Assembly (NCBI RefSeq): GCF_006345805.1
Contig: NW_021833803.1
Coordinates: 4,550 to 68,549, forward strand
Direction of reading: 5' to 3'
Length of the DNA stretch: 64,000 nt
DNA from: Octopus sinensis
Lineage: Eukaryota
The position numbers and the translations under genes are program-made. This document shows positions 21,160-32,778 of this stretch, in pieces. Under the pieces are notes generated by a model. The model did not search any database, was not told the DNA's origin, and saw only the letters and a list, made by a program, of their open reading frames with translations. How positions within the stretch are numbered: position 1 is the first letter of the stretch; each line of letters begins with the position of its first letter.

Positions 21160-22018
21160 GTGGACGAAGGAGAAGAGTGTGCCTCGGAGGCCTGAAGTTC
21201 ACGTCTCAACTCCTGCCCAACGGTGTACCACAGGGATCCCCCTTATCCCCGGCCCTTTTCAATCTTTTCCTGGAAGATTTCCCGTCCTCCCTCGACAATA
21301 ATGATGTTGTCATTTCAAATGCGGATGACATCGTACTAGCCTCACGGGACCGGGACATCCGAAAGGCCGCTGAAAGACTCTAAGCTAACTTGGATCGGTT
21401 CAACCTATGGCTAACTGACAACCGACTCGTAGTAAACGCGGCGAAGTCCGCCACGTTCCTTTTCACATCTGACAAAAGATAGGGAGAGTCTTCGGTCAAC
21501 TTTAAGTTGAACAATGTGTCCGTATTCTTTTATAAAAGTCAGACGGTTCTAGGGGTAACCCTCGACATGCACCTCTGCTTTTCCCCGCACGTAGACAATC
21601 TTCTTCGTAAATGCGAGAAACAAATAAACGTGCTCAAAAGCTTATCTAGTTTATGGAAAAACGGTTCCCGCCGGGTATTGACGAATATTTACCGTCAATT
21701 ATTTGAACCGTCAATATCCTACGCCTGCAAATCATGGGGTCCGCGGTTATCGTGGTCCAACAGGAAGCGAATTGAAGATGTCCAACAAATGAACCGAACG
21801 TTGGTCGCAACGATAACAAACGCTTTAGTCCGGGCCTATGGAAGATCAAGCTGAACCTCAGTTTGTTATAAATGCCACGACAAATGCGGCCACCCGCCCA
21901 AGACGATGTTGTGTGAACATTAGAAAGATCACCGAGCGAAGATGAGGTCCCTGGTTGAGTGCATCGGGATCACGTGACGTTTATTCGGTTTTTACCATGG
22001 TCTAAGTGATTTAAAAAA
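21160..22018 (+). mobile_element. 5'-truncated LINE (RT + 3' end), disrupted
   Basis: LLPNGVPQGSPLSPALFNL, ADDI, LGVTLD..F..HV and YACKSWG, with in-frame stops. Ends in A6 just before the tRNA. Confidence 0.85.
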
Positions 22019-22020
22019 GA

Positions 22021-22093
22021 GCCCCGATGGTGAAGTGGTTATCACGTTCGCCTCACACGCGAAAGGTCCTGGGTTCAATTCCCAGTCGGGGTA
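22021..22093 (+). tRNA. trnV-CAC: tRNA-Val, anticodon CAC
   Basis: Cloverleaf with acceptor GCCCCGA/TCGGGGT, D arm GTGAAGTGGTTATCAC, anticodon arm TTCGC-CTCACAC-GCGAA and T arm CTGGG-TTCAATT-CCCAG. A T4 terminator follows. Confidence 0.93.
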
Positions 22094-23699
22094 GTTTTAT
22101 TATCCTTGTCAATTTTATGTTTCTTATTTTGTGTCTATTTATGCTCTCTTGTTCTTTATTATTTACTAGCTCGGCAGCTCGCTTCGCTCACCGCGACCTA
22201 GCTCCTGCGGAGGGCCTGTTTTATCAAACAACTATAAGTTTATGTAGATGTATAAAACTACCTGGTTTAATGTAACCCTATTCTATCGCCTGTTGATAAA
22301 CGATGTTTGTCGTCCGTCCTTCCTTGGCATATATGAATAAATTTTCTCTTCTGCCTACCCTCGAGCATCCCACATACAGCTGTCCATGTGAAAAGCACTC
22401 ACTCTCTAAAAATAACCCAACTACCTTTAATGACTGTCCCTGGGCCTTGTTTATTGTCATTGCAAAACTCATCCTCAAAGGAAATTGCAGCCTTTTAAAT
22501 CTAAATGGTAATTCATCAGAAATTATCGGAATTCGTGGAATATAAACATCCTCACCTCTATACTTACCTGTGAATATCGTCGCCTCTATTACGTTAGCCA
22601 TCAAATTTTTGATAACTAACCTCGTTCCGTTGCATAATTTAGGTGGCGCAAGATTTCGTAATAAAACCACTGGAACGCCTATCTTTAACTTTAAAAGATG
22701 ATTCGGCATTCCAGAGGGATCTAAGGAGTTTAAAAATTCAATCCGGTTGAATTTGTAGAAAATAACAAAAAAATAAAAAAAACAAATAAAAATAAATAAT
22801 TTAAAAACAAAAGAAATGAAAAAACAAAAAAAAACTTTAAAAATTTGTAAAAAAGTATAAACAAAAAAAATCTCTGCCGCCACGGCAACAGCCTGTCTAA
22901 TTTTTTTGACAGCCAGTTAAGATAATGCTTAAGAGCCTTTATAGTCCGGAGATTTAGCTTAGTGACCTTGATTAGACAAACCACTGGCGGAGATGGGGCA
23001 GCCGGAGATGCGGCAGGCGGAGATGCGGCAGGCAGAGTAGCAGCAGCCAAAAAAGCGACACACAAAAAAGATTTAATTACCTTAAGCTGACCGTTTTTTC
23101 TTCAGCTTCGTTTTTCCTCCTTCGGTTATCTATTTAAAAAATTATTTTTGAATAATAAAAAATATTAGGAAAAAAGAGGCATACAGAAAATAAATTCTAT
23201 CTTTACGAAAAACTTCTTTTCTTAAGGTCGTCTTCCCTCCTTCAGTTATCTATTGAAAAAATTATTTTTGAATAATAAAAAAGTTTAGGAAAAGAGGCAT
23301 ACCGAAAATAAATTCTATCTTTACGAAAAACTTAACTAAATAGTTAATATTTTTACGCAAATTCTTCTGATTGCGCTGTCAATTGGTGGTAAATTGTGTT
23401 AATGATTTTGCTAATGTGGTTTCAACTATCAAAGTGTTTTTCAAAATCTGTTAATTGCACACTCTATTCAAGGTCGTGCAATCTGTAATTGCACATTCTG
23501 TCAAAGTCAAATATGATAATAGGTTTAATTTTGAATGGTATATGCATTTAATTTTAAAGAGAAAATCATAAGATGAATTGAATTTCTTTATCGCGAATAA
23601 TTGGGAGTTCATCATTGTTAATATTCTCGCTGTCGTTTTCATCAAGGATATTTTTAATACGTGAGATTTTTAATGGACCTCATCATGAATGTCGAGGAC

Positions 23700-25120
23700 A
23701 TTAACGTTGTTCATTTTAATCAAATGCAGAAAATAATTTTTTGATTTTTTGGCGGAAAGGTTTTAAGGACCTCATCATGTAAGTCGAGGACATCGTAGTT
23801 GTTCATTTTAACCAAAATGCAGAAAATTTTTTTTAATTTTTTTTGGGGGGAAGGTTTTAAGGACCTCATCATGTAAGTCGAGGACATCGTAGTTGTTCAT
23901 TTTAACCAAAATGCAGAAAATTTTTTTTTAATTTTTTTTGGGGGGAAGGTTTTAAGGACCTCATCATGTAAGTCGAGGACATCGTAGTTGTTCATTTTAA
24001 CCAAAATGCAGAAAATTTTTTTTTAATTTTTTTTGGGGGGAAGGTTTTAAGGACCTCATCATGTAAGTCGAGGACATCGTAGTTGTTCATTTTAACCAAA
24101 ATGCAGAAATTTTTTTTAATTTTTTTGGGGGGAAGGTTTTAAGGACCTCATCATGTAAGTCGAGGACATCGTAGTTGTTCATTTTAACCAAAATGCAGAA
24201 AATTTTTTTTTGATTTTGTTTGGGGGGGAAGGTTTTAAGGACCTCATCATGTAAGTCGAGGACATCGTAGTTGTTCATTTTAACCAAAATGCAGAAATTT
24301 TTTTTTAATTTTTTTTGGGGGGAAGGTTTTAAGGACCTCATCATGTAAGTCGAGGACATCGTAGTTGTTCATTTTAACCAAAATGCAGAAAATTTTTTTT
24401 AATTTTTTTGGGGGGAAGGTTTTAAGGACCTCATCATGTAAGTCGAGGACATCGTAGTTGTTCATTTTAACCAAAATGCAGAAATTTTTTTTAATTTTTT
24501 TTGGGGGGAAGGTTTTAAGGACCTCATCATGTAAGTCGAGGACATCGTAGTTGTTCATTTTAACCAAAATGCAGAAAATTTTTTTTTGATTTTGTTTGGG
24601 GGGGAAGGTTTTAAGGACCTCATCATGTAAGTCGAGGACATCGTAGTTGTTCATTTTAACCAAAATGCAGAAAATTTTTTTTTAATTTTTTTTGGGGGGA
24701 AGGTTTTAAGGTCCTCATCATGTAAGTCGAGGACATCGTAGTTGTTCATTTTAACCAAAATGCAGAAAATTTTTTTTTGATTTTGTTTGGGGGGGAAGGT
24801 TTTAAGGACCTCATCATGTAAGTCGAGGACATCGTAGTTGTTCATTTTAACCAAAATGCAGAAATTTTTTTTTAATTTTTTTTGGGGGGAAGGTTTTAAG
24901 GTCCTCATCATGTAAGTCGAGGACATCGTAGTTGTTCATTTTAACCAAAATGCAGAAAATTTTTTTTTAATTTTTTTGGGGGGAAGGTTTTAAGGACCTC
25001 ATCATGTAAGTCGAGGACATCGTAGTTGTTCATTTTAACCAAAATGCAGAAAATTTTTTTTAATTTTTTTTGGGGGGAAGGTTTTAAGGACCTCATCATG
25101 TAAGTCGAGGACATCGTATT
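23700..25120. repeat. ~94-bp minisatellite, ~15 units, inside Helitron 1
   Basis: Unit AAGGTTTTAAGGACCTCATCATGTAAGTCGAGGACATCGTAGTTGTTCATTTTAACCAAAATGCAGAAAA(T)nAA(T)n(G)n, period 92-96 bp, with variation almost all in homopolymers. Confidence 0.97.
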
Positions 25121-25147
25121 GCCAATTTGAAGTTGGTGTGCACACAT

Positions 25148-25188
25148 AGACAGACAGACAGAAAGACAGACAGACAGACAGACAGACA
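25148..25188. repeat. (ACAG)n microsatellite at the Helitron 5' end (also ~41528-41560 and ~52200-52260)
   Basis: Seen directly, at the same position in all three Helitrons. Confidence 0.95.
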
Positions 25189-25228
25189 CACACCATACCA
25201 TTTTATTATTAAGATTTATCAAAGTGAG

Positions 25229-25264
<36 letters not shown>

Positions 25265-25344
25265 CAATTTTTTTTTTTTTTTTGAAATGACAGTTTATAA
25301 GGTAAAGAAATCAAGTGAGAATTACTTCTCATGACCGCCTGAAG

Positions 25345-25505
25345 AAAGACGAGGTCGAGAAATGACATAAATACGATCTATTAACAGGGCATTGTCCATT
25401 CTTTACAACGCTCAAGTGAAAATAATTCCAATGGTTTTCACTTGGGACGAGGTCTTTTCCAAGTTTTTTAAGAACTATATTGAAAAGTTGGCTATCGAAG
25501 ACTGG
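25345..25505 (+). mobile_element. R4/Dong-like C-terminal fragment
   Basis: EVEK*HKYDLLTG..LYNAQVKIIPMVFTWDEVFSKFFKNY. Confidence 0.7.
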
Positions 25506-25538
25506 ATAATCTTATTTTATTTATATTTATTCTGAAAA

Positions 25539-28030
25539 TTTTTTTTTTTTTTTTCAATTAAAAGAAAAGAAAATGGAACAGGAAGTCAGCTACTAGCCGC
25601 AGAGAGAATAGAGAAACTGTTCCCCCTGAGTACGGCTATTGAGACGCGCTCAAAAAGCCGATTGACCTCGCGGGGGTCGTTTCTAATCCTCCCGAGGTGA
25701 CGGCCTCTCTCGGTGAGAAAACGTAGCGTGGCTGGGCCGAATGTGCCTGATGTTTCGACTGAAACAGGCACAAAGAGGAATCTGTCGGCGAGCGAGGCGT
25801 ACTTGTCTTTCTTCCGGGTCTCTGCCCTCTTCGCCGCTGTGCCAGCTTCGATCGCGGACGCGAGAAGGCATGTTGACGCAAAAGTGTCAGAGCATGTCGC
25901 GTCCCAGACGATCGCTTTGCCGCACTTGAACGGGAAGAGCGAGACGCCGTCCGGCCTCTTGCCATCGCCCCTGTTAAGGCCAGAGGGCTCCAGCTGGCAC
26001 GGGATGCCGGTTGCCTCGAGCAGACGCTTTATTATGGAATTAAGCTGTCCGTGCCTGGGGAACCTCCCAGGGCATTTGCGGCAGGAGAGCGGGTGTAGAC
26101 CTTTGCGGTCTATATGAGCCCCGCAACGGCATTGGTGAGGCTGGCAAATGTCCAAGCCGAGTCGGAGAGATATTCCGATTCTTAAACAGTCTGGGTCCAG
26201 GAAGGTTCCAGCTGCAGGGGAAGGATAGGCGTTGATCCAGGCGCCAGTCCGTGGAGATGCTCCAGACAACAGACAAGCACGCCGGTGTTGGTCTCCGTGA
26301 GACAGTAAGTACCGGAAAGACTGAGAGCTGCTGATCTCCGTCCATTCGCGCATAAGGCATAGGTCAACGGAGTTTTTAGTCCGCAATCTGTCCACAACGA
26401 TGTGCCGTATGAAAGCTCTGAGTCCGTGAGCGATCCAGAGGGAGAAGGAAGGATCTGGACTACGAGAGGCATGCATCGGTGAGAAGAAGAAAGAAAGCAT
26501 GGCAAGGAGAGAACCGAGGGGGCTTGGAATCCGAGACCCCCGTGCCTGATAGGCAGGATAGCCTGTTTCCAGCCCATTTCGTCAAAATGTACGTTTGAGA
26601 TTTGAACGAGAGTATTCCTGAGCAGCGAATCGAATTCTCCGACTGCATCCGGGAATCGGAAACAGGGAGAAGTGCGAAGTGCGTACTCCAAACGAGGAAA
26701 GGCAAGAAAGTTCTTCAGTAGGAAGAAAGCCACATGGGCGTCGATGGATTTAAGAGTGTCGAATGATTTTTCCATATTAAGAAGTTTAGCGCGGAGGAAA
26801 GATGGGATTCCGGACGAGAATAGAGGCGTACCGAGAAGAGTAAGTTCTTCGGGCAGAACGGTGCGTATGGCTGGGAGATTATGGTCGAACAGGGGCTGGA
26901 TTTCCAGAGTAAAGAGTGCATGGTCGTATCCTATATTGAAAATCTCTGATTTTTGTGGGTTCACGGTAAGGCCTATAGAAGCCAGTATCGGAGCCACATT
27001 GTTCAGGTCATTTACAACACTATCGGCCGGGCCTCCAATAGAGGCGTCGTCGAGGTACCAGACGTTGAGCTCAGAAGTGCACGAGCGGACCGCTTCATCG
27101 ATGGCCAGCGAAAAAAGGAGAGGGCCGAGAGGATCGCCCTGTTGTACACCGGTGGCGGAAATAATGGTAGAAGAGCCGGAGATAAGAAGAGTAGGAGAGC
27201 CGTAGCTTTGGTGCACGAACCGATAAATGGATGGGCAACGAAGAAAGCAAGATTCCAGCACAGAGTCGCGGCGGACACTGTTAAATGCGTTGGTAATGTC
27301 TAGTTTGACTAGAATTCGGGGATGTAAACTCTCGGTCACAAAGCGTCTGGCGGCATGCACCGCTGCCTCGCAGCCTGAGGAAACCCCAACTCCTAGCTGT
27401 AACGGGAGGAAAGCTTTTGCAAGTTCCGGGGAGACCGACCAGCAGGCGAGCTTTGAAGCCAGACGTCGGAAAATGTTCCCGACGGCGATAGGACGAACTC
27501 CGCCGTCTTTTTTGGAAAAAGGAAGCAGATGGGCGGAGAAAATGAGTCCACGAGCGAATGCGGATAAGTTTGAAGATAAAAGGTTGTTGACAAGTTCCGT
27601 GATCGAGGTAAGGAGCAGCGAGCCTGTTGGGCCGATCAAGGGAGAGATGAGGTTGCGAAGGTGACTGGGGCGGAGCCCCTCAATGCCTGCACTGCTGCTA
27701 GGTGAAAAAGATTTGAGAGCGCGGCAGATCGCATCGTTGGTGAGTTTCGGGGGGGAGGGCGTGGAATCGACGGATGGAAAAGGCCTGAGGTCTACAGGGG
27801 CGGGAGGGTGTTTGCACTTCAAAGTGTTGATAACGTTTTTGGTCGATGGGAGTACTCCGCCATTGGAAGCCAGAACTCTCATAGCAGCTCTGGTGTCGCC
27901 CTCGATCAATTTGGAGAAGATACGAGGCCCAAGAGAGGCGGTGTCAAAGCCTGAAGTACCGGCGTTTGTACTATCGTCGGGATTGAAGCGCTTTGCGGCT
28001 TCGACATGACTGGCAAGGATCGAGCTTAGA
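25539..28030 (-). mobile_element. CRE-clade non-LTR retrotransposon (RT + zinc finger + RLE), 5'-truncated, one frameshift
   Basis: ORF 26182-27909 has GGVRPIAVG, KLDITNAFNSVRR, GVQQGDPLGP and WYLDD. ORF 25586-26500 has C.C..H...C, RPDG..PFK.GK..WDATC and VPVSVET. Poly(A) tail at 25539-25554. Confidence 0.93.
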
Positions 28031-28639
28031 AACTCGTCCTATTTTATATTTTATAAAATAATGTATTCATTTTGTTTTAGTCTTAATCTGTAAAAAAAAT
28101 CTGTATAGATCTTCACAAATTTTAAAAGAATGGATTAGTTCGCATTTTTCTCAGCATTACATTTCCTCCCGTTTTTATTGCGTTAAATTCTGTATTTTAG
28201 GAATCTTTGGCATTATGAAATCGCTAAAAAAAAACTTTTTTATAAGAATTAAAGACAAATTTATAGTATGACAAAAAGCAAGTTTTCAAAGGTTCTCAAT
28301 TATGCTATGCACTAATACAGATGGATTCGACAAAAAATGCGATTGATGATTTGAAACCTTTTCTCTATATCGACCTGTATTAAAGTTCATTTCGTAATTT
28401 AAATCTTTCAAGCCACCAATTGGAAGCTTTAAAAGAAGTAAATCCAATTTCTTAAGCTGTTTCTAAGGCAATTAACGAAATAGTTCCTTTAATTGTTTTG
28501 TACTTTGTGATTAGTTGTCTTTCAGATAAATTACGAAAACAGACACTAGAAATAACTTTAGATAATTTAAAAACATATAATCCATTCTAAGGCACGTTCG
28601 AGGAAATAAGACTACGCAGTTTAGGACGCTCTTCCAGCC

Positions 28640-28980
28640 TCGCGGATTGCGAAACAGTTGCCACGGATTACGGCAATGGAGAGGCGTTGAATAAGCCAAA
28701 AGGACTATCTCGGGTCTTCTCTTCCTTTGTCGATTCTTCTCTCCAAACCACGTAAAATACAAAGCGACTTGGAGTCAAAAACCCCCAGAGCTCTCAACGG
28801 CGATGGGCGTGAAAATAAGATAAGAGACTTCAGCGCTATTAGAAGCGAAGCCTGGGTCGACAACCGACATGGCTAGGTTCCCGTTGGAGAATGTGTCACA
28901 CCAGGTAGAATCCCATATAAGGGATTTTCCCTGCTCGAAGGGATATGTAGTTAAGCCAAATTGTTCCTCGGGATGGGGCT
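28640..28980 (-). mobile_element. CRE 3' fragment, degenerate
   Basis: YPFEQGKSLIWDSTWCDTF..FTPIAVESSG..LFQRLSIAVIRGNC. Confidence 0.75.
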
Positions 28981-28999
28981 ATTGATCAAAAGTTAATTT

Positions 29000-29283
29000 A
29001 TACCAGCAAAAATGAAAATGTGGTTATTGTAAATTCTTTTCGCGCATTCGACACCTAAAGAAAATATTTTAAACTGCATGTGACAGACATGCAAACTTTA
29101 AACACGTTGGAAAATATTGGTCAAAAACTAAGAATATCTAGATTAAAAACTAAAATTACTGATTTTTGTGAATAAAAAATTTTTCATTTGTTCATAAGAA
29201 AATAATAAAAAAATGATAAAAACCCCTCTAGAATCCGCCAAAGTTCGGTCAGGAACCAAAAATGGCAGATTTAAGAGTTTACT
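29000..29283 (+). mobile_element. pogo-like 3' end fragment
   Basis: Reverse complement of 14663-14930, ending GAGTTTACTG-TA. Confidence 0.65.
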
Positions 29284-29419
29284 GTATAAAACTTTGATTA
29301 TGATTAAATATTTCAATTCTAAATACTTTGATAACTTTTAAGATAATTTTTTTATTATTTTAAAAATTAATCAAGAAAAAAACTTTCCTGAAAATTTTGA
29401 ATATTGGTATTAATTGTTC

Positions 29420-30760
29420 AAGCAGGTCGAGGGGTAAAAGTTCCACAAATACGACTTACTGACAAATGAACTGAAAGCTATCCACCAAGCGAAAGTGAAG
29501 ATCGTCCCTATAGTTATGACCTGGGACGGGATTCTGTCGAAATTCTTCAAAAACTATCTGGAGACGCTTAGGGTAGAGCAGAGGTTTCCAAGCTTTTTTT
29601 TACGCGCCTCCCTTAGAGAAAAAGTACAATCTTGCGCCTCCCTTTATATTCCATAATATAATACAATTATTATTTTATCAAAAACAATTTTTTAAAACAA
29701 AAGTTAATGAGATAATTTTTTTTCCATCTTGGCGCAAAGTTTTTCAAATCTTGGTGTCATCGCAGAGAGTGCTACTCTTAGCTCATTAGTCACTACTAAA
29801 CGAGTTCGATATTTAGATTTAATTGCAGCTAGTGCAGAAAATCCAGTTTCGCATAAATATGAAGTAGCAAATGGCAACAAAACTTTCATTGCTTTATTCG
29901 ACAAAATTTCATATTCCGTTCTTACATTCAACCAAAAAGAAATTAGCGGTTCTCTCTCAAATTTTTGTTTCAATAATGTATCGCATGACAATTCTATCAA
30001 TTTTTCTTTTTCAAAAGTTGTCAATGCAAATTGATTATTCTTCATCAAAAATGGATTCTGTATCCATTCGAACATTTTACAGTCGAGATCTTTAAAATAG
30101 TGAGCAAAATGCTTCAACAAACATCCAAATGTTCAGCAAATATGTCTTTGTTTAACGATTTCGTTTGGTTATCAAACTCTTCTAATTTTCTTTTAAAAAT
30201 TCTTCAGACTTATGGACATGTTCAGAATGCATCGTTTCAAAATGTCTTCTTAATTTGCATGGCCTCATACTATCTGCTGCAAGTGTTTTGAGGCAAAGCA
30301 AACAGAGGGGTTTTTCCATAGAATCACAAAGATACGTGTGAATCCTAACAATAAGTAAGATGGAAAGTATTTTCTTGTCTTTGGAGTGGTATTGATTATA
30401 TTCCAATCATTTTGATTTTTTGAACCATCGTCAAAATCTTTATTATTCGTGAATTTTCTTTTGCAACCACTCAAGAATTTATTCATGTGTTAAAATTATT
30501 TAATTGTCTAATAAATTAAATAATTTTTGAAAAAATATAATTTTTAAATTAATAACTCTTATTATCGGAATATAGTCACGTTTTTTACATAGATATAATT
30601 TTCTAAAAAATGTTTCTGAAATACTTTTCGCGCCTCCCTTGACACGAGTCAACGCCTCCCTAGGGAGGCGCGCCTCCCCATTTGGAAACCTCTGGGGTAG
30701 AGGACAGGGTAAAAGCATATATCCAGACACTAGTGTTGCGGGAGACCTCAGAGAGCAAAA
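29420..30760 (+). mobile_element. R4/Dong-like C-terminal fragment split by a hAT insertion
   Basis: KFHKYDLLTNEL..KVKIVPIVMTWDGILSKFFKNYLETLRV | EDRVKAYIQTLVLRET resumes after the hAT TSD. Confidence 0.8.
29579..30694 (-). mobile_element. non-autonomous hAT (Buster/Charlie type) internal-deletion derivative
   Basis: Perfect 13-bp TIR CAGAGGTTTCCAA and 8-bp TSD GGGTAGAG (nnnTAnnn). BED finger (PLCLLC..KLRRHF..H) and hATC dimerisation domain (LLPFATSYLCETGFS). Confidence 0.95.
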
Positions 30761-31304
30761 TACTATAAATGATGTAAAAATACTACAAATGGCGAAAACG
30801 GAAACCGAATAACTATTAATTCGTTTTATTTGTTTGTCAGTGTCTCACTAGAAAAATTTTATGTATAGTATTTAACTGAAACAACATTGTTACCGATGAT
30901 AAATGATATGCTGATGCATGATTAATCTGTATTTTATAGCGACTTTAAGTTTACGTAGGGAGAGAATTGTTTGATTGTTGCTGCAAAAATAACGATCGAA
31001 ATTCATTGCCAGAACCATGATGATTTCCATGGCTCATTTCTACTGTAAGTAATCATTTCCCGAGTACTTGTATAAAGTTTTGATGAATGCGATGAGAGCA
31101 AAAAGTGATGTTTTGAGGAATTTTTTATTTATAAAGTTTTACTCGCTGCGTGTTGTTCGCAAAGTGCCAAGTAGAAATAGAGTTCCTTTTTAAAAGAGCT
31201 TTTTTAGTTCCTTTTAGGTCAATTGGAAAATTAAAATGATGAAATCTTCGATCTTTGTAACAGAAAGGTCATTTTGATTTCGGCTTTTTTAATTACTACT
31301 GATA

Positions 31305-31565
31305 ACGACCTTATCAGGAGAGCCCTGGAAGTCGCCGGAATCCCTTCCCTGCTTGAACCCTCTGGGATCGATCGGGGGACGGAAAAAGGCCTGACGGGAT
31401 CACTGTGTTTCCCTTCAACAGGGGGAAGCCTCACAGGCGACACCCGCGAATCAAGATGGTTTTTCGAGCGGATATCCATTGCGATAGTACGCTCTAATTC
31501 TTTCTTGATTGCGTCGACTTCCCGCCCATGAAGCTTTCAACACTTGACCGAATCCTTTTTTTCGT
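31305..31565 (+). mobile_element. CRE 3' fragment with internal deletion
   Basis: LIRRALEVAGIPSLLEPSG..ESRWFFERISIAIVRSN. Absent from the paralogous site at ~14155. Confidence 0.8.
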
Positions 31566-31696
31566 AATAAACCAATCGAATTAAAAAAATCAAAGTTCAG
31601 AACAAGGTTAAATTAAAATTATTCCAAGAAAAATGTTAATTTAATATTATTTGGTCAAACTTAGATTTAGTTGAGCCGGACAAAGTATGTTATTAG

Positions 31697-32470
31697 TTAG
31701 TTTGGGTAGGCAAGTAGTGCAAACTACTATTAAACAAGCAGTTTTTACCATAAGATCCTATAAACTGTAATGTTCCCTGAGACACAACAAAATTTTGTTT
31801 TGTTAATCCAAATTGTATTATTTTTGAAGGCTTGAATCTAAAACGAAATAATAAAAAACACAAACGCAACTGGTTGTGCAGTATTTTCCAGAAGACAGAG
31901 ATGCTGATTAATAGACATATGAATTCTAAAACGATATCTTCAATAATTTTATCTTACACAAGATCATCTATCTTGAAATTGAACGAAATAAAAGTCGATC
32001 CTTCTGGCATATCGCTAAAAATTTGATTAATTATTTTAATAAAACATGTATTTAAGTGGAATATCAGAAAAAGTATTGATATTGATGTAACGAAGCATAC
32101 TACAGAAATGGAGAAGCCAATAGAATATAAAAAACAATATACATGAGCATTAAAAATTCGAGTCCTTCAAATGAATCTTCAACTAGTTTGTGCAAAGAGT
32201 TACCATTGCATTCACTAAATATAATTTCCAAAGGTTACAATCTATAAATAGAAATTAAATTCGTAAATCGTAAATTTTCTGTAAATGTGACTCCATTTTT
32301 AATTACAATTTGATCCAATTTATTATTTTTTAAGGTTTCATTGTAAAAACAGTTAGAACTAGAATATATAATAATAAATTAATTAGGCATCACATTTCGT
32401 TATTAGACAAAGGACAATTTGTCGCAGTGAAAAAATCAAATAAGACTATGAAGATAAGTATGTCAAGCAT
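31697..32470 (-). CDS. small secreted LRR-like protein, copy 2
   Basis: Inverted paralog of 13254-14030 with the same intron positions and an in-frame 3-nt indel in exon 1 (MLDILIFIVLFDFFTATNC). Confidence 0.55.
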
Positions 32471-32778
32471 TTAAAAGAAATTAATGCTATGATTTTTATT
32501 TAAAATAAATTAATAAATGTAATTAAATCTAAAATAATTAAAACAAAATAATATTATCTAAAGAGAAGGTAGCCAAACTATGGCCTTCAGTGCCTTTGAT
32601 ACGCCCTGGGCTGAAAATTTACCAATATTAGTATGCATAAAAAATTTAATAAGCTAAAAAAACGCGGACGATATCTTTGTTACGAATGTCTTTGGCTTTG
32701 TAGGTAAGAATTCGTACTCCGGGCGCATGCTCACTAATGTTTTTTGATCACAATTGTCTGAACATATCACGCGTTAAG

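Larger units (their letters stand above)
22166..25214 (-). mobile_element. non-autonomous Helitron 1 (3049 bp)
   Basis: On the minus strand: A|TCTTAATAATAAAATGG..(GTCT)n 5' end, GC-rich hairpin region then CTAG|T 3' end. PIF1 helicase C-terminus 22278-22740 ([37 protein letters not shown]). Confidence 0.92.

Noticed and set aside
23700-25120. Regular repeats resembling a CRISPR array (also 40165-41380 and 51200-52170)
   Set aside because: The units are contiguous with no unique spacers, variation is in homopolymer length, there are no cas genes, and the context is a eukaryotic Helitron.
24087-25267. ORF-track entries across the minisatellites as host genes
   Set aside because: They are by-products of the tandem unit and microsatellite and shift frame at homopolymers. 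Kept only as the speculative PIF1-motif finding.
25228-25283. Long poly-T runs beside the Helitron 5' end as a retro-tail
   Set aside because: The adjacent R4-like fragment is on the opposite strand and there is no TSD. It is probably a simple homopolymer with unreliable length.
26672-28009. Long plus-strand ORFs opposite the CRE RT (and similar ones opposite the LINEs)
   Set aside because: These are antisense shadows of GC-rich coding sequence with no recognisable motifs.
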